Assembly (NCBI GenBank): GCA_034722055.1
Contig: JAYENL010000028.1
Location: 1-14,809, forward strand
DNA length: 14,809 nucleotides
From: Armatimonadota bacterium
Lineage (GTDB): Bacteria; Armatimonadota; Zipacnadia; Zipacnadales; UBA5352
Direction: 5' to 3'
Below are positions 6,657-14,809 of this stretch, piece by piece. Positions within the stretch are counted from its first letter, which is position 1; each line of letters opens with the position of its first letter. The position numbers and the translations under genes were made by a program. The notes beneath the pieces are model-generated. The model did no database searches. It was not told where the DNA came from and was given only the letters and a program-made list of their open reading frames with translations.

Positions 6657-8457
6657 ATGGCGGAGGAGCGCAACGGCGAGGCGGAGCAGGAGCGGCAGGC
6701 CAACGAGCAGAGACGAGCGAAGAAGCGGCGGCCCTGGCTGCGCTGGCTATGGCTGGTCCTCATCGCGGCGGTGGTCGGTCTGGCTGTCTGGCGACTGCGC
6801 CAGCCGGCCGAGGTGGAGGTCGTCCATCCCCAGAAGCGCATGATCGTGCAGACGCTGACCGCGAGTGGGCGCGTGGCGGGCGCGCGCGAGGCGGAGCTGT
6901 CGGTGGACCGGGCGGGCGTGCTGGTGGATGTGCTGGTGGAGGAGGCCGATCACGTGATGCCCGGCGACGTGGTGGCCCGCATCTCCTCGGACGTGGAGTC
7001 GGCCGAGCTGCGGCGCGCCGAGGCGGCCGTAGCGACCGCCCGGGCGGAGCTGGCCCGCGCCAGCGCCGACGCCCGCACGCTCGCCCCTACCATCGCGCAG
7101 GCCGAGGCGGAGGTCGCCGGCAGCGTGGAGCAGGCGCAGGAGCGGCTGACCGCCGCGGAGGCGCGCCTCTCGGAGCTGCTGGCGGGCGGTCGGGAGGAGG
7201 AGCGGCGCGAGGCCGAGGCCGCCGTGCAGCAGGCTCGGGCTCGCGTGGCGCAGGCGGAGAAGGACGTGGAGCGCGCCCGGAGCCTGACCGAGTCCGATGC
7301 GACCGCGCGGGCGGCGCTGGAGCGGGCGCAGGCCGCCGCCGCGACGGCCGGGGCGCGCGTGCAGGAGGCCGAGGTGCGGCTGGCCCAGGCGAAGCGGGAC
7401 CTGGTGCGGGCGCAGCGGCTCTTCGACGACGGCGTCATCCCCGAGACTGAGCTGGAGGGCGCTCAGACGGCGGCCGACACCGCCACCCAGGCCCTCGACC
7501 AGGCCCGCGCACAGCTTCAGCAGGCCAAGGTGGAGGTCGAGAACCAGCGCACGCTGCTGGAGGTAACGCGCGAGGAGCAGCTCGACCGGGCGGAGACGGA
7601 GCTGGAGGCCGCGCGCCAGCAGCTCGTCCAGGCCGAGGCGCGGCTGGAGCTGGTCTCCGGCCCGGCGCGGGGGGAGCAGATCGAGCAGCAGCGGGCGGAG
7701 ATCCGCTCCGCGCGCGGCCCTGCAGGCGGCCCAGGAGGGCGGCGAGCCCCGGGTACGCAGCCTCCGGCTGACCCCAATGCAGGAGGCGGTGCGGGTGGCC
7801 CAGCGCCGCCTGGAGGAGGCGGTGCGGGCCCGCGACGCCGCGCTGCAGCGCCTGCAGACCACGGAGATCCGAGCGCAGTTCGAGGGGATCGTCACGGAGA
7901 TCGCCCGGGAGCCGGGCGATGTGCTGGCGCCCGGCCAGGCCGTGGTCACCATGTCCGAGATGCAGTGGCCCGAGGTTCACATGGAGATCGACGAGCGCGA
8001 CATCGCGGAGGTGAAGGCCGGCCAGGACGCCGTGCTGACTGCCGACGCCTATCCGGAGGAGCGCGTGCCGGCTGAGGTGACGCGCATAGCCCCGCGCGCG
8101 AAGACGGAGCGCGGGATCATCGACGTGGTCCTTCGGCCCACGCGGCGGCCCGGCTGGCTGCGTACGGGCATGACGGTGGACGCCAGCATCGTCGTGACGC
8201 CCAGGGAGGAGCTGCTGGTGCTGCCCACCACGACCGTGGTTCAGTCGGGCGAGGATGCCTTTGTGATGGTCGTGCAGGATGGCCGGGTGCGCCGACTGGC
8301 GGTGGAGACCGGCGTCGGCGGCGTGCGAGGGACGGTCATCCGCTCGGGCCTGCGCGAGGACGCCGCGGTGGTTCGCGAGCCCGCCACCGTGTCGCCGGGG
8401 CAACGCGCGAGGGCCGTGGAGAGCAAGGCGAACCTGGAGGCCGCAGATGCGGTTTGA
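6657..8457 (+). pseudogene. HlyD/MacA-family periplasmic adaptor subunit, frameshifted near 7709-7716 (about 600 aa if repaired)
   Basis: RBS GGAGG and ATG 6657; TM anchor; first lipoyl half RAGVLVDVLVEEADHVMPGDVVARI in one frame. Second half EIRAQFEGIVTEIAREPGDVLAPGQ, EIDERDIAEVKAGQ and LRTGMTVDASI lie in the +1 frame. The first frame turns into GC-biased nonsense after ...EIRSAR. Confidence 0.85.
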
Positions 8458-9691
8458 GACCCGCATTGCGCTCCGACACCTGCGCGCCGGCGGCTCGCAG
8501 ACGCTGCTGATCCTCGGTGGCGTGGCCATGGCGGTCACGCTGGTGATCTTCGTCAGCGGCCTGATCACCGGCCTGCAGCAGCGGCTCATCGACACCATCG
8601 CGGGCTCGGTCTCGCACATCACGCTGGAGGCCCCCGAGCGCATCCCCCGTGTGCCGGCCGAGCTGCCTGACCACCCGCAGGCCCTGGTGGTCTCCTCCCG
8701 CCAGCAGCGGCTCTGGCAGCCGGATACCATCGACGAGTGCCGCTGCCTGGAGGCGAAGATCGCCGCCTTCGACCACGTGACCGCAGTGGCCCCGGCCGTC
8801 TCGGGGCAGGCGCTGATCACTCGCGCGGGAGGCGAGAAGTCCGTGCTCGTGGTGGCGTCGCCGCCGCTGCAGCAGGACAAGATCAGCAACCTCAACAAGG
8901 ACCTGGTGCGCGGCGATTACCTGCATCTGCAGCCGGACGAGGCCGTCATCGGCTACGACCTCGCCCGGGAGCTGGGGGTGACGCTGGGGGATCGCGTGCG
9001 GCTGACCACGGGCGCCGGCACCACCGAGACCTTCCGCCTGGCGGGAATCGTCTTCACCGGCTCGGAGGGCATCGATCAGTCCACGGTCTTCCTGACCCTC
9101 CGCGCCGGCCAGACCCTGTTCGGCACCGGGACGCTGGTGACGGCCTTCTCAGTGAAGCTCGATGACCCGTTCCGGGCCAACGACGTGGGCGACGCCATGG
9201 CCGCCTCCCTGGACCTGGACGTGGCGACCTGGATGCGCCAGAATCCGCGGCTGCTCTCCGCTCTGCGGGCCCAGAGCGGCTCGGCAGCCATGATCTCCAT
9301 CTTCAGCCTGGCGGCCTCCGGCTTCGCCATCGCCAGCGTGCTGATCGTGAGCGTCCTCAAGCGCTCCAGGGAGATCGGCATCCTGAAGGCCATCGGGGCG
9401 CGGAGCAGGCAGATCCTGATCGTCTTCACCCTGGAGGGGCTGATCATCGGCGTCCTCGGCGCGGTGGTCGGGGCCCTGGTGGGCAGCGGCATCGTGCTCG
9501 CGGTGGCGAGGATCCCACAGCCGGTGCGCGTGCCCGGCGTGGCGCCCGACCCGCTCTTTCCGGGTATCGTCACCCCCACCATCGTGGGAGGGACGATGCT
9601 CGCGGTCATCATCATCACCGTCATCGCCAGCATTCTGCCGGCCCGCCAGGCCGCGGAGCTGGACCCCGTGGATGTGATCCGCGGTGCCTGA
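8447..9691 (+). CDS. ABC transporter permease, LolC/E-MacB-FtsX family, 414 aa
   Basis: MRFETRIALRHLR start after GGAGG; TM1, periplasmic domain (EAVIGYDLARELGVTLGDRV), KRSREIGILKAIGA and PARQAAELDPVDVIR. Confidence 0.92.
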   Translation: MRFETRIALRHLRAGGSQTLLILGGVAMAVTLVIFVSGLITGLQQRLIDTIAGSVSHITLEAPERIPRVPAELPDHPQALVVSSRQQRLWQPDTIDECRCLEAKIAAFDHVTAVAPAVSGQALITRAGGEKSVLVVASPPLQQDKISNLNKDLVRGDYLHLQPDEAVIGYDLARELGVTLGDRVRLTTGAGTTETFRLAGIVFTGSEGIDQSTVFLTLRAGQTLFGTGTLVTAFSVKLDDPFRANDVGDAMAASLDLDVATWMRQNPRLLSALRAQSGSAAMISIFSLAASGFAIASVLIVSVLKRSREIGILKAIGARSRQILIVFTLEGLIIGVLGAVVGALVGSGIVLAVARIPQPVRVPGVAPDPLFPGIVTPTIVGGTMLAVIIITVIASILPARQAAELDPVDVIRGA

Positions 9692-10370
9692 GCAGCGGCC
9701 GGCGGTGGAGACGCGCGGCCTGAGGAAGACCTACTTCGGCGCGGTGCCGGTGAAGGTGCTGCACGGTATCGACATGCTGGTGATGCCAGGTGAGTTCGTC
9801 TCGGTGCTGGGCCAGTCGGGCTCGGGCAAGTCTACACTGCTGAACTGCCTCGGCGCGCTGGACCGCCCCACCGAGGGCCGGGTTGTCATCGACGGCCAGG
9901 ACCTGGCGGACCTGGACGACGATGAGCTGGCGGACTTCCGTAACAGCGCCGTCGGCTTCATCTTCCAGTTCCACTACCTGCAGGACGAGTTCACCTGCCT
10001 CGAGAACGCCCTGATGCCGGTGTCGATCCGCAGGGGCACGCCCGACGACCAGGACGTCGAGCGCGTCATTGATCTGCTGCAGCGCGTGGGGCTCGACCAT
10101 CGGCTGGGCAACCTGCCCAGCCAGCTCTCCGGCGGGGAGCAGCAGCGGACGGCTATCGTGCGCGCACTCGCCAACCAGCCGCGGCTGGTCCTGGCCGACG
10201 AGCCCACCGGGAACCTCGACAGCGTCTCCTCGGACCAGGTATTCACCCTCATGCGGGAGATCAACCAGGAGACGGGGGTGGCCTTCGTGATGGTCACACA
10301 CGACGACCGCCTCGCCTCCCAGGGCGACCGCATCCTCCGCATCCAGGACGGGCTGCTCACCGAGGACTGA
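9684..10370 (+). CDS. ABC transporter ATP-binding protein, LolD/MacB-like
   Basis: Walker [18 protein letters not shown], signature LSGGEQQR, Walker [17 protein letters not shown]; overlaps the permease stop. Confidence 0.95.
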   Translation: MPEQRPAVETRGLRKTYFGAVPVKVLHGIDMLVMPGEFVSVLGQSGSGKSTLLNCLGALDRPTEGRVVIDGQDLADLDDDELADFRNSAVGFIFQFHYLQDEFTCLENALMPVSIRRGTPDDQDVERVIDLLQRVGLDHRLGNLPSQLSGGEQQRTAIVRALANQPRLVLADEPTGNLDSVSSDQVFTLMREINQETGVAFVMVTHDDRLASQGDRILRIQDGLLTED

Positions 10371-10485
10371 GAGTGAGGCGCGCCTGCAGCGCCAGAGATA
10401 GCCGACGGCGGCGCGGCAGGGCTCTCTCCGGGCGGGCGCGAAGGTCTTCAGTGGACGGAGCAATCCGCGTGCGGAGGCGTTGGCA

Positions 10486-11151
10486 ATGAGACGAGCCTTT
10501 ATGCTGGCGATTGCGGCGCTGATGCTGGGAGTGATGATGGTGGCCTGTCCCGGACAGGAGGAGCAGCCGGAGCGCATCGACCTGCCCGAGCCCGACACCA
10601 GCGGGGACATGTCGGTCGAGGAGGCTATCGCGCAGCGGCGCTCTGTGCGGCAGTTCGCCGACCGCGATCTGTCCGCCGAGCAGGTCGGACAGCTCGCCTG
10701 GGCCGCACAGGGGATCACGGACCCGCGACAGGGCTTCCGGGCGTCGCCCTCAGCGGGCGCGACCTACCCCATGGAGCTCTACCTGGTGACCCCCGACGGC
10801 GTGCATCACTACCTGCCGCGGGAGCACGCCGTGGAGACCAGGAAGCGCGAGGACGTGCGCGCCGATCTGGCCGCAGCGGCGCTGGGTCAGGACTTCGTCG
10901 GCACGGCCCCGCTGGACATCGTCGTGGCGGCCGTCTACCAGCGCACCATGCAGCGCTACGGCGACCGCGGGCGGCGCTACGTACACATGGAGGCCGGGCA
11001 CATCGGCCAGAACATCCACCTGCAGGCGGAGGCGATGGGCCTGGCGTCGGTGCCCGTGGGGGCCTTCGACGACGCCGGGGTGGCCAGGACTCTGGGCCTG
11101 CCCACCGACCAGGAGCCGCTCTACATCATCCCCGTGGGCTACCCGCGCTGA
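10486..11151 (+). CDS. SagB/ThcOx-family FMN nitroreductase with lipoprotein-like signal
   Basis: SVEEAIAQRRSVRQF, LAWAAQG, RASPSAGATYPMELY, EAGHIGQNIHLQAEAMGL and VGAFDD motifs. RBS GGAGG 8 nt before ATG 10486; N-terminus MRRAFMLAIAALMLGVMMVAC. Confidence 0.92.
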   Translation: MRRAFMLAIAALMLGVMMVACPGQEEQPERIDLPEPDTSGDMSVEEAIAQRRSVRQFADRDLSAEQVGQLAWAAQGITDPRQGFRASPSAGATYPMELYLVTPDGVHHYLPREHAVETRKREDVRADLAAAALGQDFVGTAPLDIVVAAVYQRTMQRYGDRGRRYVHMEAGHIGQNIHLQAEAMGLASVPVGAFDDAGVARTLGLPTDQEPLYIIPVGYPR

Positions 11152-11336
11152 TCCGCGAGGCCGTGCCCCGCGCGGCTACTGCCGCGTGGCGGGGATGCTC
11201 TCGGTGTGCTACGGGCTGACCCGCGCACAGCCGACGAGGCCGTGGCCAAGGTGGTGCATAGGACTGCTTGCCACCATGGGGATGTGATGCGGCGGGGATA
11301 GCGTCCGCTGCCCGAGGGAAAGGACCTGCGGGACAC

Positions 11337-11368
11337 GTAGCGGCCGGGGCCCGCTCGGGCCCCGGCCG
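11337..11368 (+). repeat. REP-like hairpin (GTAG plus perfect 12-bp stem) between convergent genes
   Basis: GTAG-CGGCCGGGGCCC-GCTC-GGGCCCCGGCCG. Confidence 0.6.
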
Positions 11369-11466
11369 ACGCGACGCGATGTGTATGAACAACCCCCGTG
11401 TGCGTCGGTGCTACGTCTGAATCGAGCGTCGTCAGACTCTCAGCGCCGTCTCGACCCTCGGCGCCA

Positions 11467-12384
11467 CTACCTCTTCCGCCACCCGGGCCGCTGCGCCTTC
11501 ACGATCTTGGTGTCGGACACCGCCTCGTTGCCCTCATTGTCCGCGGCCTGGAGTTGGAACTCGTAGTCGCGGCCATCGAAGTCCCGGGGCCGCACCCACG
11601 AGCGCAGGTAGACGGTGAGCCTGAACTTCCCGTCCTTGTCCAGGAGTTCCGTGACGTCGTACTTCCCATCGTGCCGGCCGTACTCGTCCGTGACAACCAC
11701 GACCGCCGATTGCACCCCGCTGACATCGTCAACGACGCTACCGCTGATGCTGACGGGCTTGAGGCGGAAGGGGCTCCGCCACGGCAGCACGGGCGGCTGG
11801 GGGGACTCCAGCGTGACGTCCGGGGGCGTTTCGTCGGGCTCCGACCCGCGATCCGGATCGGGATCTGGCTTCCAACCGTCGCCCTTTTCGATGACCGCGA
11901 GGTTGGCAACGGCTGCATTAGCGTCGATCCACCAGCCGCCGAACTTCGCATAGACGGCGCCAACGTCCTCAACGCCCTCCCAGTCGTTGGGCTCGTTGTT
12001 GTGCCACTCGGTGTAATCCAGCCCCTCACCGGTGATCCAGCCCCAGCCCTCGTCTTTGCTCTTTGCGTCAGGGTCCTGCCTCAGGCCGATCCAGAAGTAG
12101 TCCGTAGGGGTGGCGCTGTCGCCCTTCGCGGCGCGGTAGAGGTCGTAGACGAACGTGCTCTCCTCGGCGGAGGTAATGGTCGCCAGGTGAGCGCCCAGGG
12201 CCTCGGCGTCGGCCTCCTGGGCATCCCATCCCTTCGCCTCCAGGAGCACGGCGTACTGGTGGCCGTTGCCCCCCTGGTCAGTCTCCCATGTGGTCCACTG
12301 CACGTCCTGTGCTGCAGCTATGGTGCATGCCAGGGCTATGATAATGAGTGTCGAGCAGGCCGCCATCGTCGTCCTTCGCCTCAT
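11467..12384 (-). CDS. Secreted C-type lectin domain protein with C-terminal Ig-like domain, 305 aa
   Basis: Signal peptide ending IAAA-Q; NGHQY...GAHLATITSAEE...FWIGL...WGWITGE...EWHNNEPND; Pro/Asp linker; DETPP...DDVSGV...AADNEGN Ig-like domain. RBS GGGAGGGAG before ATG 12384. Confidence 0.85.
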   Translation of the reverse strand: MRRRTTMAACSTLIIIALACTIAAAQDVQWTTWETDQGGNGHQYAVLLEAKGWDAQEADAEALGAHLATITSAEESTFVYDLYRAAKGDSATPTDYFWIGLRQDPDAKSKDEGWGWITGEGLDYTEWHNNEPNDWEGVEDVGAVYAKFGGWWIDANAAVANLAVIEKGDGWKPDPDPDRGSEPDETPPDVTLESPQPPVLPWRSPFRLKPVSISGSVVDDVSGVQSAVVVVTDEYGRHDGKYDVTELLDKDGKFRLTVYLRSWVRPRDFDGRDYEFQLQAADNEGNEAVSDTKIVKAQRPGWRKR

Positions 12385-12488
12385 CAGTAACTCCCTCCCG
12401 AGCGTCTGTGATGGCGCGTCCCGCCCAGCCAGGCCTGTAAACCAAAGCCTCTGATGCGCTCGCGCCCGCCGCCCGACGGACACGGACG

Positions 12489-12516
12489 CAACTGCCAGTT
12501 GTCATCCAGTTGTCAT
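12489..12516. promoter_or_regulatory. 11-bp direct repeat (CCAGTTGTCAT x2) with overlapping palindrome; candidate OmpR/PhoB-family operator
   Basis: Exact repeats at 12495-12505 and 12506-12516; CAACTG-C-CAGTTG at 12489-12501. Confidence 0.45.
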
Positions 12517-12544
12517 CGCGCGCCAGGGGCCATCGGCGGGGCCA

Positions 12545-12685
12545 TCATGCCCCGCGCTTCACGGTCTGGTGGCTGCCGCCGCTGTCCCAGCGCTCCACGG
12601 CAGCGTCAGCGTCTGCGCTGACGCGGGCCAGGCTGTAGACGAAGACCCAGGTGAGCAGCAGTGCGGCCAGCCCGATGATGGCCAC
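12545..12685 (-). CDS. Small single-TM protein, 46 aa (MAIIGLAALLLTWVFVYSLARVSADADAAVERWDSGGSHQTVKRGA)
   Basis: GAGGAGG RBS 8 nt before the GTG at 12685; clean hydrophobic helix and polar tail. Confidence 0.6.
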   Translation of the reverse strand: MAIIGLAALLLTWVFVYSLARVSADADAAVERWDSGGSHQTVKRGA

Positions 12686-12998
12686 CGTGACACCCTCCTC
12701 CGGCAGCGCGTTCTCCCCGAACACACACGTGGTGTGAATGGTGTATGCCTCGCCAGGCGCCGGTTCATGCACCGGGGACGCCAGACGAGTCGCCGCGCGC
12801 GAAAAACTCAATAACCTCTCAAGCTACGCTCTGTTTTTACTCTACCCATTGTGTAGTTTATATGAAACATCGATTCGTGTCCAGTCATCGCGAGGATACT
12901 GTCCGAGAATCTCACCCGGAAGGATGAGAGAGGTCCCGAACGGTCTACCGGTGAACCTCGGCGAGGACGCTCAGACGATGCCAGGGAGGGCACCACCG

Positions 12999-14501
12999 AT
13001 GGACCGGTCGTCGCTGAAGATTCTGCTGCTGTGTGACAGCCCGGGCACCTTGAAGGCCGATCTCGATCTTCTCTACCCGGAGCGCGTGAGCGTCGTCAAC
13101 TTTGCGGAGGAGCCTCCCGGCGCGGAGGTCCTCGAGGAGTATACGCACGTGATCACCGCGGTCCAGGACGGCGAGAATCTGCCGGGCCTGGACTACACCG
13201 CCGTCCGCGGCTATGCTGAAGCTGGCGGCCAGGTGCTCTCCTGCCTGCTGGAGTACGCCGCTGACCGCGGCTGGCAGTTCTCCAAGACCCACGTCGGGGA
13301 TCGCATCGAGCCGGCGATGCGCATACAGGCGGAGTGTGATGTGACCCGCGGCTACACGGTGGGCGACGAGGTGTGGTGGTACGGAACCGTCTCCAGCGCG
13401 CCCATGCAGACCTACAGCAACCAGATGTATCAGCGACAGATCCTCAACCCCATCGAAGACGAGCGGACGACCGTGCTGGGCCGCTCCAACGTCAACCAGG
13501 GGGCGGTGATGATCGAGGAGCGCGTCGGGGAGGGCCGCATCCTGGCGCTGGACCTGATGTCCCCGGGGCGACCGTGGTACGGCTCACACGGCTCCGAGAA
13601 TAAGTGGCTGTTCCCCGGCAACTTCATCGGCGGCAGCGTGGGCTGGGGCAGGCACTACCCGCGGCGGCTGTGCTACGACGAGTTCGTGGGGCTGATGAGG
13701 CGCACGGCCGAGGCCCACGAGGGGCTGGAGATGGTGGCCGAAGGCCCCTGCAGTGACGGCCGCGAGATGTACACGCTGCGGTGGGGCGATCCCGGCCTCC
13801 CGACCGTCTACCTGGGCGGAGCGCTGCACGGCTGGGAGTGGGAGAACTGCTACGGGCTGGTGCGAGTGGCGGAGCTGCTGGGCTCGGACGCGGACCTGGG
13901 CATAGACGCCGCAGCCCTGCACTGGGTGATGATGCCGGTGCAGAACCCCTACGGCTTCGACCACTTCGTGCGGCAGAACGCTGACGGCGTGGACCTCAAC
14001 CGCAACTTCGACCACGGGTGGGCGGACTACCCCATGCCCCAGGACGTGGCGGTGCCCTGGGACTACAACTACAAGGGCACACGGGCGGCGTCGGCGCGGG
14101 AGAGCCGCATCATCCAGGGCCTGATCGACGACCTGGCACCCATCGGGATGATCGACTTTCACACCGCTCACTACATCCTCATGCCAGCCATCGGCGCCGA
14201 TGAGGAGCTGGTCGGGCGAATCCATGAGGATATCCAGCAGCGGCTGAAGGATCGCTTCGTCTGCCAGGCGCCCTACAACGGCGACTACCAGCAGGTGAAC
14301 ATGGACCGCATCTCGGACCCGGTGGATGAGCCCTACGCCACCTGCTACGCCGCCGACCGCGGCTGTCGTGCGCCGATCCTGATCGAGATGTCCGGCAACC
14401 GCGATGATGTGCACGGACTGGTAGTGGTCACCGACACGGTGGTGGAGATCTGCATGGCCCTGGCGCATCACTGCGCGGCGGCCGCAAGCGAGGGGAGCTG
14501 A
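12999..14501 (+). CDS. M14 family zinc carboxypeptidase with an extra N-terminal domain, 500 aa
   Basis: HGWE (HxxE), NPYG, RQNADGVDLNRNFD, IDFHT and ILIEM motifs; RBS GGGAGG before ATG 12999. Confidence 0.88.
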   Translation: MDRSSLKILLLCDSPGTLKADLDLLYPERVSVVNFAEEPPGAEVLEEYTHVITAVQDGENLPGLDYTAVRGYAEAGGQVLSCLLEYAADRGWQFSKTHVGDRIEPAMRIQAECDVTRGYTVGDEVWWYGTVSSAPMQTYSNQMYQRQILNPIEDERTTVLGRSNVNQGAVMIEERVGEGRILALDLMSPGRPWYGSHGSENKWLFPGNFIGGSVGWGRHYPRRLCYDEFVGLMRRTAEAHEGLEMVAEGPCSDGREMYTLRWGDPGLPTVYLGGALHGWEWENCYGLVRVAELLGSDADLGIDAAALHWVMMPVQNPYGFDHFVRQNADGVDLNRNFDHGWADYPMPQDVAVPWDYNYKGTRAASARESRIIQGLIDDLAPIGMIDFHTAHYILMPAIGADEELVGRIHEDIQQRLKDRFVCQAPYNGDYQQVNMDRISDPVDEPYATCYAADRGCRAPILIEMSGNRDDVHGLVVVTDTVVEICMALAHHCAAAASEGS

Positions 14502-14506
14502 CGGCG

Positions 14507-14809
14507 ATGGACCGCGGCGGATGGATCGAGATGGCGGAGGCCGGCGGGCTGCAGGAGGCGCTGGAGGAGCTGCCTGACGAGGGCGGGACGGTGCACGTAC
14601 CAGCCGGTCGATGGGAGATCGATGCGACGGCCGAGATCGCGCTCCGCGAGGGCCAGCACCTCTTCGTAGTGGGCGACGGCCGCGCCAGCGTGCTGGTGAA
14701 CACCAGCACCTCCGGCGATCCACTGCTGTCCATCGCCGGGGCCATCGGCGAGTGGTGGCCGGACCTGAACATCACCATCCGCGATCTGTCCATGGAGGGC
14801 AACTACGAC
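14507..14809 (+). CDS. Right-handed beta-helix / pectate lyase-like protein, 5' part only (runs off the window)
   Basis: Manual translation, not in the ORF track: MDRGGWIEMAEAGGLQEALEELPDEGGTVHVPAGRWEI...VVGDGRASVLVN...ITIRDLSMEGNYD. Starts 5 nt after the peptidase stop. Confidence 0.8.
   Translation, partial: MDRGGWIEMAEAGGLQEALEELPDEGGTVHVPAGRWEIDATAEIALREGQHLFVVGDGRASVLVNTSTSGDPLLSIAGAIGEWWPDLNITIRDLSMEGNYD

Noticed and set aside
10486..11151. Azole-RiPP (TOMM) cluster suggested by the SagB domain plus ABC exporter
   Set aside because: No YcaO/E1 cyclodehydratase or Cys/Ser/Thr-rich precursor in the window.
11467..12384. DGR target suggested by a C-type lectin fold
   Set aside because: No reverse transcriptase or TR/VR repeat pair is visible, and the lectin domain is N-terminal.
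12880..12990. Riboswitch upstream of the peptidase (TCTACC, small stems)
   Set aside because: Other purine-riboswitch landmarks and an expression platform are missing.
1..14809. CRISPR array, tRNA, rRNA
   Set aside because: No regularly spaced repeats or recognisable tRNA/rRNA motifs were seen.

Overview
High-GC bacterial window. The MRRGFTLIELLVVIAII prepilin leader, the DUF5693-csaB pair and the beta-helix proteins suggest Armatimonadota, but this is inference. Left to right: (1) a prepilin-type gene with a near-consensus promoter and strong RBS that stops after 17 codons and runs into hairpin-rich non-coding DNA reaching the left edge; (2) a right-handed beta-helix protein (-); (3) DUF5693 plus csaB pyruvyl transferase (+); (4) xth exonuclease III (-); (5) a MacAB/LolCDE-type ABC exporter operon whose long adaptor gene carries a frameshift in a (CG)4 tract; (6) a SagB/ThcOx-type nitroreductase with a lipoprotein-like signal; (7) a secreted C-type lectin protein and a 46-aa membrane protein (-); (8) an M14 zinc carboxypeptidase and a second, edge-truncated beta-helix protein (+). 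The intergenic gaps hold a MITE-like element with perfect 16-bp inverted ends, several GTAG/GTGG REP-like hairpins, a heptamer tandem repeat, a Pho-box-like 11-bp direct repeat and a recurring AGG-N-CGAA promoter-like motif. The most interesting signal is the precise interruption of the prepilin leader, a candidate integration or switching site.
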